This document shows, one piece after another, positions 55,337 through 62,110 of a stretch of DNA of 62,110 bases. The stretch is from a virus (lineage: Duplodnaviria; Heunggongvirae; Uroviricota; Caudoviricetes): IMG/VR virus record IMGVR_UViG_3300022753_000047, one strand, 5' to 3'. Position numbers and translations under genes: made by a program. Position 1 is the first letter of the stretch, and each line of letters begins with the position of its first letter. The notes beneath the pieces were generated by a model, which saw nothing but the letters and a program-made list of their open reading frames with translations, ran no database searches and was not told where the DNA came from.

Positions 55337-55825
55337 TTAACAGATTTGGACGGCATATTGATTTTCGGATGCAAGTTCCACACCGAGAATCTCGTCGAAA
55401 CGATGTTGGCTATTCGGTACGAATCTCCCGAACTTTACGATGATGTTGTTATAGTGCCCAGACAAGACATTAAGTTCAAAGCTGAGCTCTTCTGGGTTGT
55501 ATCCGGTGTAGATCACCACATCATCGTCACAGCCAAACACACGCCGCAGTGTAAAAATGAACCGCTCAAGTTCTTTGAACTGCTCAAACGGCTCAAGACC
55601 ACCAAAGACGATTGCCTTGGTGAGCGGATTATTCAGATATCTCTGACAAAGTTCCCTGTTTGAGAGAACGATGGGGGCACCGGAGCGCCACCCATCATTT
55701 TGACAAACGGAGAGAGGGATACCAGCTTCGATGCAGCACTTACCGTTACAGGAAATTGTGCCAATGAACATGGACGGTTTCTTGTAATTGGTGAAGTCTT
55801 CATCGACGACCGTTTTTACTCTCAT
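55337..55825 (-). CDS. nrdG: Anaerobic RNR activase (radical SAM)
   Basis: CNGKC...CQN cluster motif, GGLEPF, IYTGY, KFGRF; adjacent to nrdD. Confidence 0.88.
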   Translation of the reverse strand: MRVKTVVDEDFTNYKKPSMFIGTISCNGKCCIEAGIPLSVCQNDGWRSGAPIVLSNRELCQRYLNNPLTKAIVFGGLEPFEQFKELERFIFTLRRVFGCDDDVVIYTGYNPEELSFELNVLSGHYNNIIVKFGRFVPNSQHRFDEILGVELASENQYAVQIC

Positions 55826-57738
55826 TCAGACATCGCCTCCGCATAGGTGTACCACTGGCGGGTAGTGAACTCCTTGAAGCGGTCTTTGGAGTAGGCTCTG
55901 GAAGGAACCAGATAGCCAACGATGCGCTGGTATGTATCAAAAACCGGCTCGCCACACACAGGACAATGGTCAGTACCAACGAAACCATGGTGGTTTTTGC
56001 ACTCATTGATGCGGGTGTTAAAGGCGAAATAGATAACGCCGGACTGAGCGATCTTGTTCAGCATATCCCACGCCATATCGGTATTTGGGAAATTAGACTC
56101 CAAGTTGATATGGGCGATACTGCCGCCGGAACACTTCTCGTCCAGAATGGAGCAGAGACGGAGCTTCTCCTGAATCGTGCATTTGGCTGACAGAGGAATC
56201 CACTGGTTGGAGTAGATGAACTTGTCGTTCAGGTCATAAATCACATTGTCTTTCTGGCACAGGATAACGGCGGCACGCTCGGCGGGAACGCTTTCAATGT
56301 TGAAGGAATATTCTTCGGTGAAGCTGTCCTTGACTTCGTTCAGCACCTCGAAGATTTTGCTTGCGAAAGCAACACCGTCGTCAGTGTAACTGATGTAGCC
56401 AAATTCGTCGGTCACAGTGTAGCCAAAGGCTTCAATGACTTCGTACAGGCCGAGGATACCCATGGTGCAATACTGCTTATCCATCTCAACAGCGCCGTCC
56501 TGATAGTTGGGCAACAGCCCCTTCTCCACATTACGCTTGATGATGTGGCGGACAGTGTCCAGCGTCTTGCAGCAAAGGGTTGCACGCTTCTTGAGCAGAG
56601 CCAGATACTTCTTTTCGTCACACTCGGTTTCCAAGGCAATGCGCATCAGATTGATGGTGTTGACCTTAACGGAGCCGATTGACAGAGCGGTGCCGCCGAT
56701 AGAGTTGATGAAAGCATTCAGTTTGGAGGTGTCAGACAGCAGACGGCAGCAGTTGGAGAGCGTATTGACATCCCCACTAACGAAGAAGTTGCTGTCATTC
56801 CATGTGGTATTGTGGTCGGAGCACCAACGGGCGAAGTTTTCATCCACAAACTTGCCGTCACGATACAGCAGGCTGTAGGTCAGTACAGGGAATGTGAACA
56901 TATTCTCGCTTCTGATCTGAGAGACAACCTCCATGAACATCTTCTGGTGCTCAATGAGGTTCTCAACCTCGTCAATAACGAATGTTCCATCGGGATACTG
57001 AACGCCGCCGAACAGTGCTTCGATGTAATTGCGGTCGAAAATGCTGACATTGACAAAAGCGGTCTGGTCAATGCGCATGAAAGGCTGGTTCAGACGGTAA
57101 ATGAACTTCTGGAAACACTGGCGGATGTAGTAATCGGGGTCTTTGATGATGTAACCGTTCTCACAATCCTTTTTCCAGAAGTAATATGTCCAGATCAGCA
57201 CATTGGGGATGCCGACGGCACCGGAACTGCGGTTGGACATATAGCTGATGTACTCAATGACATCATCCATGAAGGTCGTAAGGTGCTTCGGAGCCTGATT
57301 GTTGTAGTTTTTGAGGAAAAACAGACCCTCAGTTGCCAGTCTGGTGAGATCGTAGGCATAACAATAGGGCAAATAGGTGGTTGTGGATGCGTCATGCAGG
57401 TAAAAACCACCGTTGTACTCGGTTTCCAGCCATTCTTTGGCTGTGCGCAGGTTGTAACGCTTCTTCATCTCGTAAAAAATCTTGTTGAAAGCGAAAAGTT
57501 TGTCGTGAGACTTGCCTTTTTCGTTCAAAAGACTGCGAATATCCTTGTTAGAAGCGTTTGCGTTGGCATCAATGGTCACATCGGCCACATTTTTGTCGAT
57601 GAAACCATCAATGAAGTCGGAGAAGTTGAGCTGTGTCTCGTGAAAACCGTTCAGAAACTCGAAATCTTCTCCGTATTTCTCGTTCAGAACATACATGGCT
57701 TTCTCGAAGTCCTTGTTCATCTTAAGGGGAATGTTCAT
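55822..57738 (-). CDS. nrdD: Class III (anaerobic) ribonucleotide reductase, no ATP cone
   Basis: TFPVLT, SNCCRL active loop, YCTMGILG, CPVCG zinc site, YQRIVGYL glycyl-radical motif. Confidence 0.95.
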   Translation of the reverse strand: MNIPLKMNKDFEKAMYVLNEKYGEDFEFLNGFHETQLNFSDFIDGFIDKNVADVTIDANANASNKDIRSLLNEKGKSHDKLFAFNKIFYEMKKRYNLRTAKEWLETEYNGGFYLHDASTTTYLPYCYAYDLTRLATEGLFFLKNYNNQAPKHLTTFMDDVIEYISYMSNRSSGAVGIPNVLIWTYYFWKKDCENGYIIKDPDYYIRQCFQKFIYRLNQPFMRIDQTAFVNVSIFDRNYIEALFGGVQYPDGTFVIDEVENLIEHQKMFMEVVSQIRSENMFTFPVLTYSLLYRDGKFVDENFARWCSDHNTTWNDSNFFVSGDVNTLSNCCRLLSDTSKLNAFINSIGGTALSIGSVKVNTINLMRIALETECDEKKYLALLKKRATLCCKTLDTVRHIIKRNVEKGLLPNYQDGAVEMDKQYCTMGILGLYEVIEAFGYTVTDEFGYISYTDDGVAFASKIFEVLNEVKDSFTEEYSFNIESVPAERAAVILCQKDNVIYDLNDKFIYSNQWIPLSAKCTIQEKLRLCSILDEKCSGGSIAHINLESNFPNTDMAWDMLNKIAQSGVIYFAFNTRINECKNHHGFVGTDHCPVCGEPVFDTYQRIVGYLVPSRAYSKDRFKEFTTRQWYTYAEAMSE

Positions 57739-57747
57739 TTGGTCACC

Positions 57748-57954
57748 TCACTGTTGATTGATCCAGTTGTTTGCCTCAGAAAACTCAAGGAGTTTATCCT
57801 CGACCTTCAAAATGGGCACCTGCGTAATACCAAGGCTCAACATTTCCATTACAGAGTTGTTTTCCTCGTACTTAATGCCTTTGGCATCCAACTTTTTCTT
57901 GAGAACCCCACACTTGGGGCAGCCTGTGGTGTAAAAAACAACCACAACTATCAC
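57748..57954 (-). CDS. nrdH: NrdH-like glutaredoxin
   Basis: GCPKC active site, QVPIL; directly upstream of nrdD. Confidence 0.85.
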   Translation of the reverse strand: MIVVVVFYTTGCPKCGVLKKKLDAKGIKYEENNSVMEMLSLGITQVPILKVEDKLLEFSEANNWINQQ

Positions 57955-57960
57955 CTACTT

Positions 57961-58515
57961 TCACATAGCTAAACTGCAAACTGCTTTGTATGCCTCTTCC
58001 CAGGTTTTAACACGCACCATGCTGGATTGGTTTTCGTCAAACCACTGGTTGTGTGAGGCGTCCATCAGAATACTGAAATAACTTCCGCCGACATGGTTGT
58101 GAATGCCGTCGTCAATCAACACATCTCCACTAACCATCTGCTTGTTGCTTGTGATAATCACATGATCCCATGTGATGTACGGAAAGTATGTAAACAACAC
58201 CAATTCCATCTTGGGAACGATGGTTCTGTAATGAGAAGATGTGACGATGAACACGGAATGCCCATCGTCCATAATCTTCTTTACATACTCAACAGCACCG
58301 GGCTTCGGCTTGACCATACGCCAGAGTGCTTCATCTTCAAGAACTCCATACAACTCGTTTGCAGGAATGTCGGGGAAGAAATTTTGCATATTCCAATCGT
58401 TGATGTCTTCGGGGCGAACTGTCGTCCCGAATTTTTCATTGATATAGCGAACCCATGCAGACACGAGTTCCTCAATGGTGTCGTCCATATCGATCAGAAC
58501 AATCAATCTCTTCAT
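57961..58515 (-). CDS. 5'(3')-deoxyribonucleotidase (HAD, NT5C-like)
   Basis: IDMDDT and VLIDD motifs. Confidence 0.88.
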   Translation of the reverse strand: MKRLIVLIDMDDTIEELVSAWVRYINEKFGTTVRPEDINDWNMQNFFPDIPANELYGVLEDEALWRMVKPKPGAVEYVKKIMDDGHSVFIVTSSHYRTIVPKMELVLFTYFPYITWDHVIITSNKQMVSGDVLIDDGIHNHVGGSYFSILMDASHNQWFDENQSSMVRVKTWEEAYKAVCSLAM

Positions 58516-58527
58516 ATGGTCTCCCTT

Positions 58528-59358
58528 TTAATCCAGTAAGTCTGCCATTGCGGCTGTCTCGCTTCTCTCGGTTTTGAGGAGTTTTACAAATCCAAACCGA
58601 GGATGGCCTTTCAATTTATCAACAGCGATCATCAGGCCGTTATTTTCACGGAACACCTCTCCATCAACCTGCTTATAGTCACCGTTGATCCAGAGGGACG
58701 AACCCTCGCCAACACGGCCAAGCAGGAGTTGGATATGTTCCTTTGTCATGTTTTCCGCTTCGGAGCACATGATGATCGAGTTCTTGATGTCTCTGCCACG
58801 GATAAAACCAAGATGAACGATCTCGATTTTTCCATGACTCATCATGAGTTCAAGGCTGTCAACGCCTCCGAGATGGTCTGCAAGCGGCATAGCGAAAGGC
58901 AGGAGTTTGTCTTTATAATCTCCGGGCAGATGCCCGATGGGCTTAGAGTTCTTGACCTCGATGTTGTTGCGCACCCAAACGATATGCTCATACTTGCCAC
59001 GCTCCAACAAGTCAATGGCGGCAGAGGTCATGAGGTAGTCTTTACCCGTTCCGAACTTTCCTGCAAGAACCTTGACAGTAATGTCGTGGTTGTAGAGCAT
59101 ATCAAGGGCGAGCTGTTGCTGCGGGTTTCTTGGCTTGACCTTTCCAACATACCTACTGTTGATAGTCTTAAAGGGCACACGGGTAAAACCTTTGCCGTCC
59201 CACCTGAACTGGTCGACCACTTCGTCGCTCTCATTCTTCGCAAGCAGGTATTCGTTGATGTGCCAATCTTCGTTGGCGATAGTGCTGGTGCCTTCATACA
59301 TGGTGGCGAGCATATCGTCAGACATGACCATTTCACGAAATCCGAAGTATTCACCCAT
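58528..59358 (-). CDS. phoH: PhoH-family ATPase
   Basis: GKFGTGK, IGHLPG, FIRGRDI, LLGRVGEGS, RSETA. Confidence 0.92.
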   Translation of the reverse strand: MGEYFGFREMVMSDDMLATMYEGTSTIANEDWHINEYLLAKNESDEVVDQFRWDGKGFTRVPFKTINSRYVGKVKPRNPQQQLALDMLYNHDITVKVLAGKFGTGKDYLMTSAAIDLLERGKYEHIVWVRNNIEVKNSKPIGHLPGDYKDKLLPFAMPLADHLGGVDSLELMMSHGKIEIVHLGFIRGRDIKNSIIMCSEAENMTKEHIQLLLGRVGEGSSLWINGDYKQVDGEVFRENNGLMIAVDKLKGHPRFGFVKLLKTERSETAAMADLLD

Positions 59359-59367
59359 GGCGGCACC

Positions 59368-60015
59368 TCAAACGATTTCGTCAATATCGCAGTCTTTGCC
59401 GATGATGTAGTCAACAAACCCTTTCTCTTTTGCCTCGTCGCTGAACATATACCACTCCACACGGAGCTTGCTGTCGTACTCCTCAGAAGTCAGCTTGCTT
59501 CTGGAGAGGATATACTGTTTCACACGCTCCTCGACCTTTCGATTAAACTCCATCTGGTCTTGTGCTTTAGCGCCAGAATTGTAGATGAAGTTTGAGCCGT
59601 CATGCAGCAGGAACTTGGAGTGGTTCATGGCATATCTGCAATGACCGGCAAGGCCGATCAGAAATCCCATGGAATACTGGTAGCCCAGATTGATGGTGTA
59701 GACCGGCGTCTTGCTGTTCATGATGACATCGATCAGTTCAAAACCGGCGTCAACTTCACCGCCATTGGAAGCGATGTACAGCAGGATGGGCTTTCTGTCT
59801 TCCGGTGCGAGAGCATAATCCTCACGGTTGTACTGGAGAATATTCTTGACAATATCTCCGACGCTGTACTGGGAGACATCCTCGCTCAGAAACAGCTTGC
59901 GCTGCTTGAGGTCTTTGAGGTAAAACGCCTCACTTACAAGGCCGCCCTCAATGAGAGCCTTTTCGATATCGACCTCAATATCGTAGTATCCGCCAACTTT
60001 GTTCTTCATGTGCAT
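59368..60015 (-). CDS. clpP: ClpP-like protease subunit
   Basis: YIASNGGEV, YSMG (Ser), LLHD (His), EAKEKGFVD. Confidence 0.85.
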   Translation of the reverse strand: MHMKNKVGGYYDIEVDIEKALIEGGLVSEAFYLKDLKQRKLFLSEDVSQYSVGDIVKNILQYNREDYALAPEDRKPILLYIASNGGEVDAGFELIDVIMNSKTPVYTINLGYQYSMGFLIGLAGHCRYAMNHSKFLLHDGSNFIYNSGAKAQDQMEFNRKVEERVKQYILSRSKLTSEEYDSKLRVEWYMFSDEAKEKGFVDYIIGKDCDIDEIV

Positions 60016-60025
60016 CCTCCTCGTC

Positions 60026-60583
60026 TTATTGTTCGTAAATAGAGGTCTGGTGTACTCCGTTTACTTCAAACACCCAATCCTCTAAAGCGTTGCGCAAATC
60101 AGACAGAGTGCCATTGTTGGTTATGTAATGATCGGCCTGGACATTATCCAGAGCAGTTTCGGATGGGTGTCGCTGCTGTTCCTCTGTCAGAGGGCTGACG
60201 AAGTTTTCTCTGCGAACACGGATGTGGGTAACATCAAAGCCCTTGTCTTTCAGATAATCGACCTCATTGGGAAACCTGCTGTCGGGGATCAAAACATAAT
60301 CCCATTCTCCGTTGAAGAACATCAGAATATCAGCAATGAAGCTGACCCAGTAGTCAGGGCGCTGATTGCGAATGATGTCTGTGCCTACACGCTGGAGAAG
60401 ACTTCTGCCGTACTCGTCCTTTTCACCATTCCAGTTAAAGAACGACTTGCAGATATATTTGACAAGGTCGCCGTAATGGGCAATCAGAACAGAATACCCA
60501 TCTGCTTCAAGGGCTTCTTTCAAAAACCCGGCAGATGTATCCTTGCCGTGCTGAGCCTTACCAGAGATACAGATTACCTTCAT
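60026..60583 (-). CDS. Deoxynucleoside monophosphate kinase
   Basis: ISGKAQHGKDT P-loop, IPDSRFPNE, HPSE; ATG 60583 with SD GGAGGTG. Confidence 0.85.
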   Translation of the reverse strand: MKVICISGKAQHGKDTSAGFLKEALEADGYSVLIAHYGDLVKYICKSFFNWNGEKDEYGRSLLQRVGTDIIRNQRPDYWVSFIADILMFFNGEWDYVLIPDSRFPNEVDYLKDKGFDVTHIRVRRENFVSPLTEEQQRHPSETALDNVQADHYITNNGTLSDLRNALEDWVFEVNGVHQTSIYEQ

Positions 60584-61263
60584 ACGGCCACCTCCCGACG
60601 GGGCATCATGCCACAGGTGTACTTTTCTTTGCAGAAGCCGTACAGCTTGCACTTCGGCATGAAATAGTGGTCGACCAGATATGCCCATTCCTCGGAATAT
60701 TCACGCAGAGCATTGCACACATCGCCAAATGCTTTACGGTACTCGTGGTATGCTCGCTTACACATTCTCTGGTGAGACATATCGATCAGATTGCGGGAAT
60801 TGTGTTTGCAGACTACCTTGGTTTCCATACCCAAAGGCAGACCCAAGGCAGAGTCTTCACGGGGAATGTTCAGTGCTTCGAGCTTTTGCAGAGAACTGGT
60901 AATGTGCTGCATCAGTTCATCGTACACATCTTTTGCTTCCGCATTTTTCTGGATACTGGGGGGCGTGACATACGCGAAGCCCTTCTGGTAATTGATATAC
61001 CGTGTGCTTGCTTGCAGTCGGGTGGGAGCACCGCCGATGTGGGTGTACCACTCACGCATCACTCGTGCGGAATAGCCGTCCAAAACCATATAAACATCGG
61101 GGAACTCAATGGTTCTGCCGTGGTCATTTTCGAGACACTCGATACCACGCTTATAATTCTTTGCCTGGTCGGTGACATCTGCACCCCAGCAATAACCGGC
61201 TTCTGCGCCGATCATCGTAATGGGGTGTTTCGTGGTGTATTCTTGGATAATTACTTTGCCCAT
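60580..61263 (-). CDS. thyX: Flavin-dependent thymidylate synthase
   Basis: HGRTIEF, RLQASTRY, MSHQRMCKRA; ATG 61263 with SD GAGG. Confidence 0.88.
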   Translation of the reverse strand: MGKVIIQEYTTKHPITMIGAEAGYCWGADVTDQAKNYKRGIECLENDHGRTIEFPDVYMVLDGYSARVMREWYTHIGGAPTRLQASTRYINYQKGFAYVTPPSIQKNAEAKDVYDELMQHITSSLQKLEALNIPREDSALGLPLGMETKVVCKHNSRNLIDMSHQRMCKRAYHEYRKAFGDVCNALREYSEEWAYLVDHYFMPKCKLYGFCKEKYTCGMMPRREVAV

Positions 61264-61271
61264 TCGTAACC

Positions 61272-61934
61272 TCAACTTTCGTATGGACTTTCGAGACTGT
61301 AGTCCCAAATTTGATAATCACCGTCGTATGCGTTTCGGAAGTGGTTGTGTTTACCGTCGCCGCCAAACCAACGGTAATCCGGCGGCAGCACTCTTCCTAC
61401 TGATGTATCTCCGTTCTGTTCTGCATTCCAACGGGACAACACATCTTCCGCAAGCCAATACAGGTTGTCCCAAACAGGGACAGAACTGCTGTAGGCGAAC
61501 TGGTTGGGGCTTGTAACCGCTTCTGCAATCGTAATATCGCCATGGTCTACTCGATTAAGGACAGTCCACACAACACAGGCTTGCTCCGTAACGCTGTCCA
61601 CACCACGGCACTCGTTATACAGCAGCTTTGCAAGCATGACGATGTCGTCTTCGGTGTAGTGCGTTATGTATGTCTCTTCTTCCTTGCTTTCTTCTTCGAT
61701 GCCATCATAGGCTTCGTCGTTTTCTTCAATCTCCGGCGGATCAGAAACAACAATCGGCTCGGCTTCCAGGGGGGGCGCACTGTAGCACACCAATGTAAGC
61801 TGTTCCGTAATAAGTTCCTGCTCGACCTCGTTGTCTGCTTTATATTCGGCATCATTTGCATTAGATGGGGTGACAAATGAGGAAAGCAGTAAAATCACAA
61901 CAAGGGCGACGCCTAAAATTAAAGAGCGTTTCAT
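61272..61934 (-). CDS. Secreted SleB/Hydrolase_2-family cell-wall hydrolase
   Basis: N-terminal signal peptide, acidic linker, LAKLLYNECRG...VLNRV...NQF catalytic pattern. Confidence 0.85.
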   Translation of the reverse strand: MKRSLILGVALVVILLLSSFVTPSNANDAEYKADNEVEQELITEQLTLVCYSAPPLEAEPIVVSDPPEIEENDEAYDGIEEESKEEETYITHYTEDDIVMLAKLLYNECRGVDSVTEQACVVWTVLNRVDHGDITIAEAVTSPNQFAYSSSVPVWDNLYWLAEDVLSRWNAEQNGDTSVGRVLPPDYRWFGGDGKHNHFRNAYDGDYQIWDYSLESPYES

Positions 61935-61959
61935 TTGAGTACCTCCTACTTTTGGCGAT

Positions 61960-61985
61960 AAAAAAGCACGGTACTGCCGTACCGC
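61960..61985 (-). terminator. Probable intrinsic terminator (minus strand)
   Basis: CGGTAC/GTACCG stem with an A6 run on the plus-strand left side. Confidence 0.5.
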
Positions 61986-62038
61986 CTTTTGAACCACCTA
62001 CTCGGAAACACCGTAGCGTATTTCCGGCGATAAATTGT

Positions 62039-62110
62039 TTAGCTGCTTCTTCGGAACTGTTCGATGAACTCGTCAAGTTCCGGCGTGGGTTGAAGCTCAG
62101 GCTCAGGTTT
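62039..62110 (-). CDS. 3' end of a truncated upstream gene
   Basis: KPEPELQPTPELDEFIEQFRRSS-stop runs off the window edge. Confidence 0.5.
   Translation of the reverse strand, partial: KPEPELQPTPELDEFIEQFRRSS

Larger units (their letters stand above)
1..62110. mobile_element. SPbeta-like large temperate siphophage genome segment (excised/attP state)
   Basis: YonO-type RNAP, terminase-portal-capsid-tail-TMP-lysis order, large serine integrase, phage nucleotide-metabolism block; no host housekeeping genes seen. Confidence 0.92.

Noticed and set aside
4345-57738. Inteins or introns in RNAP, TerL or NrdD
   Set aside because: Lengths are ordinary, frames are continuous, and no splice-junction or LAGLIDADG motifs were noticed

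Overview
The whole 62 kb window is phage DNA; I recognise no host chromosomal genes. It looks like a large SPbeta-like temperate siphovirus, and a Clostridia gut host is inferred. Left to right: (1) a compositionally distinct leader (1-~1420) depleted of restriction sites, with one leftward HTH gene; (2) a tyrosine recombinase, an SF2-helicase-like protein, a YonO-type single-subunit RNA polymerase, a metallophosphoesterase, four tRNAs (Asn, Tyr, Glu, fMet-like), a second tyrosine recombinase and HU; (3) terminase, portal, head, tail, a 2472-aa tape measure, Dit/Tal and a chain of modular tail-fibre genes; (4) a complete diversity-generating retroelement: target with VR 45986-46117, avd, TR 46877-47008 and RT, with all 20 VR/TR mismatches at TR adenines; (5) a lysis cassette whose endolysin has two internal SD+start sites; (6) an intact attP-like 58-bp palindrome beside a large serine integrase, suggesting an excised or free genome; (7) a leftward nucleotide-metabolism block (dut, FTR-like/nrdG/nrdD/nrdH, nucleotidase, phoH, clpP-like, dNMP kinase, thyX, SleB-like hydrolase). 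The least-explained signals are a 30-bp element shared between the leader and the DGR avd upstream region, near-cognate start codons on RNAP, RT and the RDF candidate, a recurrent AT-rich operator-like motif, and a possible Trp-acidic plug-and-socket code among the fibre subunits. Family names are from motif recognition, not database searches.
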